Virus record (IMG/VR): IMGVR_UViG_3300038682_000122
Strand: one strand, 5' to 3'
Length of the DNA: 38,578 bases
DNA from: a virus
Part shown: positions 6,897 through 14,674 of the stretch, one piece after another
How the letters are laid out: each line of letters starts with the position of its first letter
How positions within the stretch are numbered: the stretch's first letter is position 1
Translations under genes and position numbers: made by a program
The notes under the pieces: model-generated
Told to the model about the DNA's origin: nothing
Database searches by the model: none
What the model saw: only the letters and a program-made list of their open reading frames with translations

Positions 6897-7166
6897 TTAT
6901 GGCTTGCCTGCTAGACCGCAATATCCTTCAAAGGGTTTCGTTGGCAGGGCAAATTCAGCCTTATTTTCCAGCACATATTTTGCTGCACCTTTAGCCGTCA
7001 TGCCGCGCTCTTTTTCGCACTCCTTAAGCGCCGCGATATATTCAGGCGTATTGGCGTTGAGCGGGATCCACCGCCAAGCCATGCAGTCTGAGCCATGGCA
7101 ATTCTCGCGTGTTTCATATTCAATCGCTTGCGGACACAATTTGGTTTTTGCTTCTTCTTCGGTCAT
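6897..7166 (-). CDS. Small Cys-rich protein, CMAWRW...GYCGL family, paralog 2
   Basis: Pattern MTEEEAKTKLCPQ...CHGSDCMAWRW...GYCGLAGKP. Its GGAGGG ribosome-binding site lies within the last codons of ssb. Confidence 0.65.
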   Translation of the reverse strand: MTEEEAKTKLCPQAIEYETRENCHGSDCMAWRWIPLNANTPEYIAALKECEKERGMTAKGAAKYVLENKAEFALPTKPFEGYCGLAGKP

Positions 7167-7167
7167 G

Positions 7168-7632
7168 TTAAGCCCTCCACTCTGGGGCGAAGGGAATGGA
7201 GTCCCCGTCTAGGTCAACACCACCAGCAGGCGCTCCACCTTGGGAAGGTGCCTGATACCCTTGCGCGCCGTTGCCGTGGCCTTGGCTTTCACCTTTAGGC
7301 CCGTCCAGCATCACCAGTTTGGCATCAAAGCCATGCAACACAACTTCGGTTGAATACCGATCATTACCAGATTGGTCCTGCCACTTGCGGGTTTGCAACT
7401 TGCCTTCAATGTAAATCTTAGAGCCTTTCTTCAGAAACCGCTCTGCAATGCCAACAAGTCCCTCTGTGAAAATGGCAATTGTTACCCACTCTGTGCGCTC
7501 GTGCTGCTGCCCGTCTTTCTTCCACTTCTCAGTGCAAGCTAGCCGCAGGTTAGCCACACGGCCACCGTTCCCGAACGTCCTGATTTCAACGTCGGCACCT
7601 AAATTGCCTATTCCAACCCATTTATTTAGCAT
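7168..7632 (-). CDS. ssb: Single-stranded DNA-binding protein
   Basis: OB-fold N-terminus (NKWVGIGNLGADVEIR...RTEWVTIAIF...KGSKIYIEGKLQTRKW), a Gly/Gln-rich linker, and an acidic DLDGDSIPF motif followed by 6 extra residues. Confidence 0.9.
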   Translation of the reverse strand: MLNKWVGIGNLGADVEIRTFGNGGRVANLRLACTEKWKKDGQQHERTEWVTIAIFTEGLVGIAERFLKKGSKIYIEGKLQTRKWQDQSGNDRYSTEVVLHGFDAKLVMLDGPKGESQGHGNGAQGYQAPSQGGAPAGGVDLDGDSIPFAPEWRA

Positions 7633-8125
7633 TTTTATGTTTCCCTTTTTTCAATATTACCGCTTTTTCAGGGCGGTTTTTTATCCAATATCGGACAGTG
7701 CCACTTCCAAGGCCTAATGCCCTTTCAGCTTCTTTTTGACTGGCATAATCTACACCAAGAACTTTTACCGCGTTTGCTTGCTCTGGGCGGGGGTTTTTTT
7801 TGCCGTGCATATGGTGCCCTTTCCCGCTTTTCATAAGCCCACGAGCGGCAGCGTCTTTCATATTTTGAGCATGAGAACCAAGGGACAAATGGTCAGGATT
7901 TATGCACAGCTTATTATCACACGAATGCATAACCTCTAAACCAGTTGGGATTGGCCCTTTATGAAGCTCGTAAGAAAGCCTATGAACCGAAACCGTTTTA
8001 CCAAATGCCTTTATGCACCCGTAGCCATTTTTATATGTGTGACCGTCCCAGTTCCAGCACATAGTTAGCCCATCAAGGACATACCCATCTAAGAGGCGGA
8101 CGAACGGCGGTGCGGCTGATGGCAT
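7622..8125 (-). CDS. HNH homing endonuclease (HNH_3 type) with a C-terminal HTH
   Basis: CWNW...NGYG...VHRLSYELHKGPIP...VMHSCDNKLCINPDHL...HAQN, followed by the HTH-like SQKEAERALGLGSGTVRYWIKN. Confidence 0.85.
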   Translation of the reverse strand: MPSAAPPFVRLLDGYVLDGLTMCWNWDGHTYKNGYGCIKAFGKTVSVHRLSYELHKGPIPTGLEVMHSCDNKLCINPDHLSLGSHAQNMKDAAARGLMKSGKGHHMHGKKNPRPEQANAVKVLGVDYASQKEAERALGLGSGTVRYWIKNRPEKAVILKKGKHKNAK

Positions 8126-8143
8126 TTACAATCTCCTTTTCAG

Positions 8144-8171
8144 TAGTATACTCGGCTAACCAGAAATCGCA
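8144..8171 (-). promoter_or_regulatory. Sigma70-type promoter for the HNH endonuclease gene
   Basis: Minus strand reads TTGCGA-N16-TATACT. On the plus strand, TCGCAA is at 8166-8171 and AGTATA at 8144-8149. It lies about 20 nt upstream of the AAGGAG site and the ATG. Confidence 0.55.
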
Positions 8172-8199
8172 AGAATTGTTTTGTTAACTGACCCGGCCA

Positions 8200-8409
8200 T
8201 TAGTAAGCCTCCTTTTGTTTCTTTTTAATATCTGAGCGAATGCTTTCGCTTAACTCGTCAGTCAATCCGGCATCCACTGCTCGTTGCGCCAAATGCGTTA
8301 ATATTGATATGTCATCGTCTATGAATGCGCAGTTCCCGCCTGTGATATGTTTCGCTGCATCTCGAACAAATCCGCACACAGCACTATCTAGCATTTCTGT
8401 ATCGTCCAT
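8200..8409 (-). CDS. Hypothetical protein
   Basis: 69-aa ORF whose start overlaps the upstream stop. Confidence 0.45.
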   Translation of the reverse strand: MDDTEMLDSAVCGFVRDAAKHITGGNCAFIDDDISILTHLAQRAVDAGLTDELSESIRSDIKKKQKEAY

Positions 8410-9098
8410 TAAAAAGCCTCCTTTTCGATTGTTTGATTCACACCGTCTATGTCAGAAACCTTGTGGTTTTTTGACACATAGGTTTCTATAAATGAGGTTA
8501 CAGCCTCACGGTCGTTTTTCGCGATCCAGTGCAGCGCGGCGCGGTGGTCGGTGATTTCATACTTGTGAACCTTGCGCATACCTTTGACTTTATCCTTGGA
8601 AGCGGCGCGCGCGGCCTTGTCAGCCTCTAGCGCTGCCTCTTTAGCGGCCTGTGCTGCACGTTGTCCCTCAAGGTCACTGGCTGCGGCTTCACGCGCTACA
8701 CGCTCAGCCTCTAGCCGGGCGGCGTTGGCTTCTTCCCATGCCTTGCGCTCGGCGGCTTTCTTTTCCGCTGCAAGTTTGGCTTTGAATGGGGCGCAGGTTG
8801 CGACAAGAGCGTCACGAATGCGGGTCAGGTCATCAAGCGTTGGCTTCCATCGTGCTTTCTCAGCCTTCCATTCATCATAGAGAGGGGCAGCGGCTGATTT
8901 CTCTGCCAGCCCAACCTCTTTTAGCGCTTCCTTGATACTTTTGGTTAGGCCATCCACAACCTCCAACTGTTCGGCGGTTTCAATTACCTCGCCATCGGTC
9001 CAGTTTTCAGCTTCGGTGATAACCGCATCAAATGGCGCTAAAGCCTCGGTGATGGGGTCAGGCGGGTTGTTGTGGCCTATGGTGGTTATCTTGTTCAT
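8409..9098 (-). CDS. Hypothetical Ala/Glu/Lys-rich coiled-coil protein (N-terminus IGHNNPPDP)
   Basis: ORF trimmed to the ATG at 9098, which lies 7 nt after an AGGAGAG site that overlaps the erf stop. Confidence 0.55.
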   Translation of the reverse strand: MNKITTIGHNNPPDPITEALAPFDAVITEAENWTDGEVIETAEQLEVVDGLTKSIKEALKEVGLAEKSAAAPLYDEWKAEKARWKPTLDDLTRIRDALVATCAPFKAKLAAEKKAAERKAWEEANAARLEAERVAREAAASDLEGQRAAQAAKEAALEADKAARAASKDKVKGMRKVHKYEITDHRAALHWIAKNDREAVTSFIETYVSKNHKVSDIDGVNQTIEKEAF

Positions 9099-9108
9099 AT
9101 CAACTCTC

Positions 9109-9717
9109 CTAATATGGAATTTCGTCACCATCAGGCAACGTGTCAGCCGCAAAGCTGGCTTTTTTCTTTGCGCAAGCGTCAATGATTTGTTGATTTGCCG
9201 CAGATTGTGGCTCAAGTGATTTTAGCTGTTTGTAATAATCTGTCAGTTCATCAACACTTTCAACCTTGCTGATTTCCTCTAGGATTTTCGGAATAGGTTT
9301 CGGTTTCATCTTTGGTTTCGGTTCTGGCTCGGGTTTCTTTGAATCAGGGTCTTGAGTTCCATCATCTATAGCCAGCAATCCACCAAGCGCATACTTGTGT
9401 GCGTAGCTTGATGCAGACCCGGAGATTTGCGCCTCATCCATGCCCTTACGAGTAAAAGCATGTAGTGCAAAGCTAGTTGTGGAAACAGTTTCGCCCAAAT
9501 AATAAAGCGTTGCCGTTGCCTTGAGAACCAGCTTCCCGCACAATTCCAAAGGCTCATCCCTGCAAGTTAAGTGCGACCCTTTCGGCAAGTGTGGCTTTGC
9601 AGCGGACAGCATGCCCTCTGCCGTGCGGTAGTTATACCCACCAAAGCTATTCGTCTTATTTTTTGGGGCGTTAACCTCCATTTGCAGCATATGCAAAAGT
9701 TCGTGAACATTTTCCAT
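9109..9717 (-). CDS. erf: ERF-family single-strand annealing protein (P22 Erf-like)
   Basis: Three blocks align with P22 Erf as I recall it:
- VNAPKNKTNSFGGYNYRTAEGMLSAAKPHL
- LKATATL
- RKGMDEAQISGSASSYAHKYALGGLLAIDD. Confidence 0.9.
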   Translation of the reverse strand: MENVHELLHMLQMEVNAPKNKTNSFGGYNYRTAEGMLSAAKPHLPKGSHLTCRDEPLELCGKLVLKATATLYYLGETVSTTSFALHAFTRKGMDEAQISGSASSYAHKYALGGLLAIDDGTQDPDSKKPEPEPKPKMKPKPIPKILEEISKVESVDELTDYYKQLKSLEPQSAANQQIIDACAKKKASFAADTLPDGDEIPY

Positions 9718-9908
9718 TATTCCAACTCCTTTGCTTGTTCAATTTTTTCGCGCAGCAGCCAGTAAGCCTCGCTAAAGGCGGATGACCTGCCTTGGTGGTA
9801 AGTCTCTGTCGTCTTTGTTCTGGCTTCCTTCGCGGCCTTGTCAGCAGCTTCTCGGCGGTCGCTCAACTCGCGCTCAAGCTGGAATTGCAGATCACGGCGA
9901 TTGCTCAT
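9717..9908 (-). CDS. Hypothetical small coiled-coil protein
   Basis: 63-aa charged helical ORF, coupled to the flanking genes. Confidence 0.45.
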   Translation of the reverse strand: MSNRRDLQFQLERELSDRREAADKAAKEARTKTTETYHQGRSSAFSEAYWLLREKIEQAKELE

Positions 9909-10309
9909 TGGATTGCCTCCGCTTTGGCTATGGCGGCTTCTGCCCGTTCAACCGTGCGGTCAATACGATCCTGCTGCATTTCTCCGCCAAAAGGAGAGGT
10001 GGTTTCGCTCAAGCCCAAAATAGCCTTTAAAGCCCCCAAAGCCTCCAACATTGCCGCATGGCTTTCCACAAACGCTTGCGGGTCTTCTATGCCTGCCATA
10101 GCGTTTACACAGGTGACAATGCGGTTGGCGTTGGCAGCGGATTCTTCATGGCCAATACCAGATATACATACCGCGCTCTGTATCCGGCAAACATCGCCTC
10201 TAAATGTGGCGCAAGGTGCAGGTTCGATCTCCGCTACATATTCATCTGGACCATCCTCAAGATGCTCCACTCCGCCACGGACGCTCCAAGGCTCTTTCGT
10301 ATGTTTCAT
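9905..10309 (-). CDS. Hypothetical protein (N-terminus MKHTKEPW)
   Basis: Trimmed to the ATG at 10309, which lies 7 nt after GGAGG and overlaps the upstream stop (ATGA). Confidence 0.5.
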   Translation of the reverse strand: MKHTKEPWSVRGGVEHLEDGPDEYVAEIEPAPCATFRGDVCRIQSAVCISGIGHEESAANANRIVTCVNAMAGIEDPQAFVESHAAMLEALGALKAILGLSETTSPFGGEMQQDRIDRTVERAEAAIAKAEAIQ

Positions 10310-10500
10310 TGCACTGCCTCCATAATCATACCCACAAGCGCCTGTGCGCCCTGTGAAGCCCCGTAGAGAGCCAAGAAAGCCACTGCAAAGCCTGCACCAG
10401 TCCAGAACCACCGATTGCGGTTAGACACGCGGCTGGATTTGCCAGCTTTGCCCTGGTAGGTTTCAAAGGAATCACGTTGTTTTTGAGGTTGCATTTGCAT
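10306..10500 (-). CDS. Small membrane protein, first gene of the leftward operon
   Basis: The ATG at 10500 is preceded by AAGGAA. TM segment WFWTGAGFAVAFLALYGA. Confidence 0.45.
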   Translation of the reverse strand: MQMQPQKQRDSFETYQGKAGKSSRVSNRNRWFWTGAGFAVAFLALYGASQGAQALVGMIMEAVQ

Positions 10501-10568
10501 TGTTTCATTCCTTGTTGCTATGCCCTCAGTATGCACACATAAAATACATACGCAAGCAAAAAAATCGG

Positions 10569-10595
10569 GCTATACGCAAAACTATTGCTTGACCA
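10569..10595 (-). promoter_or_regulatory. Candidate leftward early promoter
   Basis: Minus strand reads TGGTCA-N15-TATAGC. The -10 context GCGTATAG is the same as in the promoter at 5345-5371. The -35 overlaps that of the rightward promoter. Confidence 0.4.
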
Positions 10596-10617
10596 GCACG
10601 GCAACCGCCAATATTAT
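10589..10617 (+). promoter_or_regulatory. Candidate rightward early promoter
   Basis: CTTGACC (-35 at 10589-10594), a 17-nt spacer, then TATTAT (10612-10617). It lies 22 nt upstream of the Cro-like ATG. Confidence 0.5.
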
Positions 10618-10639
10618 TGGCTTATAAAAGGAGGCGTAT

Positions 10640-10819
10640 ATGCTAAAGGAAATTCAGGAAGCTATGGAGGATCGCAGCGTAAAGAAGATGGCGAAGAAGT
10701 CACTTCTTTGTGAGGAAACATGGTATAAAATCAAAAACGGCAAGCCTGTGAATAAAACATCACTTAAGCGCGCCGCACAATATTTGGGCCTTGAATGGCA
10801 AGAAGCCCATAGCGAATAG
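10640..10819 (+). CDS. Cro-like small HTH regulator (59 aa, absent from the ORF track)
   Basis: AAAGGAGG lies 5 nt before the ATG at 10640. Translation: MLKEIQEAMEDRSVKKMAKKSLLCEETWYKIKNGKPVNKTSLKRAAQYLGLEWQEAHSE. It is the first rightward gene. Confidence 0.6.
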   Translation: MLKEIQEAMEDRSVKKMAKKSLLCEETWYKIKNGKPVNKTSLKRAAQYLGLEWQEAHSE

Positions 10820-10979
10820 GGGGGTATCTTCCTCTGGCGTTTCGTGTGCGTCGGTTAACCCAAATCCAATGCAAGCGAGTCCCCCCACTGATTTCATTAT
10901 TCGCACTAATTGGTAAACGCAGCGCTGCCGGAGCGATAGAAGGCACACAAATTCAAGAGATACTCGAAGGGATGATAGA

Positions 10980-11318
10980 ATGAGCAACCGAGATTTAATT
11001 GAACGGCTAACCGGCCCTTTGACCATGAGTATGTGCATCAACAAGGAGCACATGATTGAGCAACAAAGAGCGCTGCTGAAAGAAGCCGCCGCAGCCCTAG
11101 AGGCAATGGAGTGGCAACCGATTGAAACCGCGCCGAAGGATGGAACGGAATTTACGATTTGGGATGGCCGTGACATTGAGTGGCGCAATCGCTTCGATGG
11201 GTATGGGAATTTAGAATATTATGGCCGTGTTGATTACGACATGGACGGTTGGGAGTATTGGCCAGAACTGAGCGCGGATTTCAAGTGGAAGCGCATCACC
11301 CCACCAGAGGCCGAATAG
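10980..11318 (+). CDS. DUF551-domain protein
   Basis: WQPIETAPKDGTEF is the typical DUF551 signature. Confidence 0.65.
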   Translation: MSNRDLIERLTGPLTMSMCINKEHMIEQQRALLKEAAAALEAMEWQPIETAPKDGTEFTIWDGRDIEWRNRFDGYGNLEYYGRVDYDMDGWEYWPELSADFKWKRITPPEAE

Positions 11319-11349
11319 CCAGCAACCAAAATTCAAACGGAGATATATA

Positions 11350-11979
11350 ATGGCAATTATTGAAGCAAACGGCGTGAAAATAAATTCATCGGAAATATTC
11401 ATGAAGTCTGGCTGGTTTCCTGAAATGGAGGAGGCGGTTGGCGAATGGATGCGCGGCGGCATACGGCTCCCCAAGGTTTCAAGTGACGGGGTTCAGTCAA
11501 AAGCATATTACGGGATGAAAACAACACGCCGGGAGCGTGTCTTGGCGGTGTTTGATGAAGACGAAGGTCTAACCCTAACTGATCTGGCTGAGATTTTGGG
11601 CGAGTCACGAGATTTGCTTAGTGCCAGTATTTCCGAAATGGCTCGGCAGGGATTGCTTCAGGTATACGGCACCAACGGCAAAGACAAAAAAGGCGCGCGG
11701 GTTTACGGCCTTCCAAACCAAAATATCAAAGTGCGCATCCCGATTAAAAATAACGGTATCAACACGAGCAAAGGCACCAACGCCGCAAGGATTATTGCCG
11801 CGCTTGAGGACAAAGATTTAGCTAGCCGCGAATTAGCCGATATTATTGGCACTTCCACCGTCACAGCATCACGACTTTGCAGCGCAATGTCACGGATTGG
11901 CCTTATCTATCGACACAGTAACCGGCGCGGACGTGAGGGCGGCGGTGCTGAATACATTTACAGCAGTGCTAAGAAATGA
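11350..11979 (+). CDS. DNA-binding protein with two MarR-like winged-helix domains
   Basis: Two wHTH-like segments: LTLTDLAEILGESRDLLSASISEMARQGLL and LASRELADIIGTSTVTASRLCSAMSRIGLI. Confidence 0.5.
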   Translation: MAIIEANGVKINSSEIFMKSGWFPEMEEAVGEWMRGGIRLPKVSSDGVQSKAYYGMKTTRRERVLAVFDEDEGLTLTDLAEILGESRDLLSASISEMARQGLLQVYGTNGKDKKGARVYGLPNQNIKVRIPIKNNGINTSKGTNAARIIAALEDKDLASRELADIIGTSTVTASRLCSAMSRIGLIYRHSNRRGREGGGAEYIYSSAKK

Positions 11980-12263
11980 AGCGGCCCCCACTTAAAGCCA
12001 AGCGCGATATGAATGAGCAAACGCTATTCAAAATTCTGCGCGATTACAAAATTCAGGTCCACCCAATGGATCAGCCTGTTGATGCAATCTGCGCCTTCAA
12101 GGGCGTGAATTATCTTGTTGAAATCAAGAACGGCAAGGCTGGCAGGCTAACCGAGCCACAAATCAAATTCATTTATGAATGGTGCGGTCAGGTTGTTGTT
12201 TTGAGCAATGAAGATGACACGCATAGATGGGCTGGATCAATCGTAAATGCAAAGAGGAGTTAG
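11976..12263 (+). CDS. VRR-NUC / PD-(D/E)xK nuclease
   Basis: VDAICAF...YLVEIKNGKAGRLTEPQIKF fits the D...E-x-K...Q pattern of VRR-NUC domains. The start is ATGA-coupled. Confidence 0.55.
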   Translation: MKRPPLKAKRDMNEQTLFKILRDYKIQVHPMDQPVDAICAFKGVNYLVEIKNGKAGRLTEPQIKFIYEWCGQVVVLSNEDDTHRWAGSIVNAKRS

Positions 12264-12267
12264 AGGT

Positions 12268-12468
12268 ATGAACAAAATGGAACAAGCCTATTACAAGGCG
12301 CTGGACGCAAAGCGCAAGCTACTTATGGCCAAGGTTGCCGAAGCTGTGGCGCGTCACGATCCGGTGGCGGTGCTGCGCGCCGAATTGCTGGAATACACCC
12401 ACGGGCTAATGCGTATGGAAGTGGCAGATATGAATCGGCTGAAGCTAACGCCGGGAATGCGGGTATAA
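12268..12468 (+). CDS. Hypothetical small helical protein
   Basis: The ATG at 12268 follows AGAGG. 66 aa. Confidence 0.45.
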   Translation: MNKMEQAYYKALDAKRKLLMAKVAEAVARHDPVAVLRAELLEYTHGLMRMEVADMNRLKLTPGMRV

Positions 12469-12474
12469 ACCAAA

Positions 12475-12502
12475 AACCCCGCCACAACTAAGCGACGGGG
12501 TT
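12475..12502 (+). terminator. Weak candidate terminator or stem-loop
   Basis: AACCCCG (12475-12481) pairs with CGGGGTT (12496-12502) around a 14-nt loop. The downstream T tract is poor (GATGTTTG). Confidence 0.3.
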
Positions 12503-12607
12503 GATGTTTGCCTTGGGTTAGGCTAGGGTGCGGTTACCAACTGCAAAGCAAGTATTACATGATGGGGATCGTGTTTGCAAGTGCTTTGCCCACACAAAAG
12601 GGCAGTA

Positions 12608-13111
12608 ATGACTAATTATAAAGATAGCACGGAATACGCCTACAGGCGATTAGTGCGCGCAGCAATCCGAAAATCAAACATGACAAAGAGCGACAGAGAT
12701 ATAACTCTAGCGATTGTCAATTTATGGTTTCACCACAGAAACGGGCCAAAGGGCTACATTCATCCCGGCAGAAAGCATTTAGCTAAAAAAGCAAATGTAT
12801 CAATCATAACAGTTGCTAGATGTTTGACTCGGCTGAGAGATTCCCACGTTATACTAGCCATTAAAAACCCCAAAGGTGAGGGGCAAAAACCAACTCAATA
12901 CGTGGTAAATATCCACGCTCTTATGCTCCATTGTGGGCAGTATTGGCTAGACGAATTTATGGCATTGTCATCGCCAAAATGCTACACTACTTTTCCCGAA
13001 AATGATACACCACTAGCGTATCAAAATGATACACAGTATAAGTATACGTCAAACGTGTTGTTATTTGAAAATAACTTAGCGAAAAAATCAAACGGTGGCA
13101 AACATGAATGA
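12608..13111 (+). CDS. Winged-helix DNA-binding protein, putative replication initiator / origin binder
   Basis: HLAKKANVSIITVARCLTRLRDSHVIL looks like a wHTH. It sits directly upstream of the helicase, and its 3' end carries iteron-like repeats. The region looks AT-rich. Confidence 0.4.
   Translation: MTNYKDSTEYAYRRLVRAAIRKSNMTKSDRDITLAIVNLWFHHRNGPKGYIHPGRKHLAKKANVSIITVARCLTRLRDSHVILAIKNPKGEGQKPTQYVVNIHALMLHCGQYWLDEFMALSSPKCYTTFPENDTPLAYQNDTQYKYTSNVLLFENNLAKKSNGGKHE
12976..13034 (+). repeat. Three iteron-like direct repeats AAAATG[C/A]TACAC
   Basis: Copies at 12976-12987, 12999-13010 and 13023-13034, spaced 23 and 24 nt apart. A tandem AGTATAAGTATA follows at 13035-13046. Confidence 0.7.
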
Positions 13112-14591
13112 TATGTTTTCACCAAGAGGAACCGAAGCAAGCCCTAGCCAGAAGAAAGAACTTCGAGGCTATCAGCAAAACGCTCTCAACCTATTGCGTC
13201 AATCATTTGGGAAAGGAAATAAGCGCACAGTTATCCAAGGGGCAACAGGTTTCGGCAAAACGCTGCTATCAGCCAAAATAATCGAAGGCGCTTTGACTAA
13301 AGGTAACAGCGTGATGTTCACAGCCCCAGCCATAAGCCTGATTGACCAGACGGTATCTGCATTTGAGGACGAGGGGATTTATGACATTGGCGTCATGCAG
13401 GCAAGCCACCCGCGCACGAATAGCTTTGCCAAGGTTCAAATCGCATCTGTTCAAACACTGGCTAGGCGCGAGGTTCCAGAGGTAAGCTTGGTGATTGTGG
13501 ATGAGGCGCATATACGGTCAAAGGCAGTTGAGAAAATGATGAAGGAACGCGAGGACGTGTTTTTTGTTGGGTTATCAGCTACACCGTGGGCCAAGGGAAT
13601 GGGAAACTTGTGGCAAGATTTGGTTATTCCAACAACGCTGCAAGAATTGATTGATGATGGCTATCTTTCAAAATTCACGGCATACGCGCCAAGCATACCA
13701 GATTTAACAAAGGTAAAAACGCGCGCCGGGGAATATGTCGAGGCTGATTTAGAGGAAATCATGTCGGAAGGTATTCTGGTAGGCGGCATTGTTGAAACAT
13801 GGCTGGAAAAGGCCACAGGACGCCCAACGCTGGCCTTCGGGGTTAATTGCGCCCATGCCCACACAATGTTTGAGGCTTTCCAGTCTGCGGGCGTTGCAGC
13901 GGCTTATGTTGACGCCTATACGGATGTTGTTGAGCGCCAATTGATTGAGCGCAGGTTTAGGGCGGGCGAGGTTCAAGTCGCTTGCTCGGTTCGAACATTG
14001 ACCACTGGCATTGATTGGCCAGTGAGTTGCATCATTGATGCAGCCCCTACAAAATCAGAAATGCTTCATGTTCAAAAGATTGGCCGAGGCTTGCGGGTAA
14101 ATGAAGGCACAGAGGATTTAATGATTCTCGATCATGCTGGTAATTCTTTACGTCTTGGCCTTGTAACTGACATTCTGCACGATACGCTGGATAAATCAAT
14201 CAAGGGTGAAAAGCAGAAGAAAACCACGGCAGAAAAACTACCGAAAGAGTGCGCAAACTGTGGCGGGCTTCATACCGGGCTTACTTGCCCATTTTGCGGG
14301 CATGAGCGAAAGCCTATTGCTGGTGTTGAAACTGCGGATGGCGTCCTTGTGGAAATTAATGGAAAGAAACCACCTAAACCAACAATGGCAGAAAAACAGC
14401 TTTGGTTTTCGGCTTTCTTATTCATAGCGAGAAAGAGGGGGTATAAAGATGGTTGGGCTTCGCAAAAATATCGGCAGAAATATGATGTTTGGCCAAAAGG
14501 CATTGAAAGAATGCCGACCGAACCAACTCAAGAAATATATAATTGGGTCAAGGCAAAACAGATAGCGTATGCAAAGCGTAGTAATGCTTGA
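13104..14591 (+). CDS. SF2 DEAD/DEAH-box DNA helicase with a C-terminal zinc ribbon
   Basis: Motif I GATGFGKT, motif II VDEAH, motif III SATP, motif VI QKIGRGLR, and the zinc ribbon CANCGG...CPFCGH. Confidence 0.85.
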   Translation: MNDMFSPRGTEASPSQKKELRGYQQNALNLLRQSFGKGNKRTVIQGATGFGKTLLSAKIIEGALTKGNSVMFTAPAISLIDQTVSAFEDEGIYDIGVMQASHPRTNSFAKVQIASVQTLARREVPEVSLVIVDEAHIRSKAVEKMMKEREDVFFVGLSATPWAKGMGNLWQDLVIPTTLQELIDDGYLSKFTAYAPSIPDLTKVKTRAGEYVEADLEEIMSEGILVGGIVETWLEKATGRPTLAFGVNCAHAHTMFEAFQSAGVAAAYVDAYTDVVERQLIERRFRAGEVQVACSVRTLTTGIDWPVSCIIDAAPTKSEMLHVQKIGRGLRVNEGTEDLMILDHAGNSLRLGLVTDILHDTLDKSIKGEKQKKTTAEKLPKECANCGGLHTGLTCPFCGHERKPIAGVETADGVLVEINGKKPPKPTMAEKQLWFSAFLFIARKRGYKDGWASQKYRQKYDVWPKGIERMPTEPTQEIYNWVKAKQIAYAKRSNA

Positions 14592-14674
14592 TTTTATTGC
14601 GGCATAGGGCTAAAAAGAAAGGGAGCCGCGATGCGTCAACATCCGGCCCCACGATCAGCTAATGGAGATAGCCA

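Noticed and set aside
9792-10325. 177-aa plus-strand ORF
   Set aside because: It is antisense to three translationally coupled minus-strand genes.
10819-10886. G6...C6 pairing 68 nt apart after the Cro-like stop; considered as a tRNA or a large terminator
   Set aside because: No D-arm, anticodon-arm or T-arm complementarity, and no GTTCRA-like T loop. The interior does not pair. Not a tRNA, and not a convincing terminator.
10760-11188. 142-aa minus-strand ORF opposite the DUF551 gene
   Set aside because: The plus-strand ORF carries the recognisable WQPIETAPKDG motif and a ribosome-binding site. The minus frame has neither.
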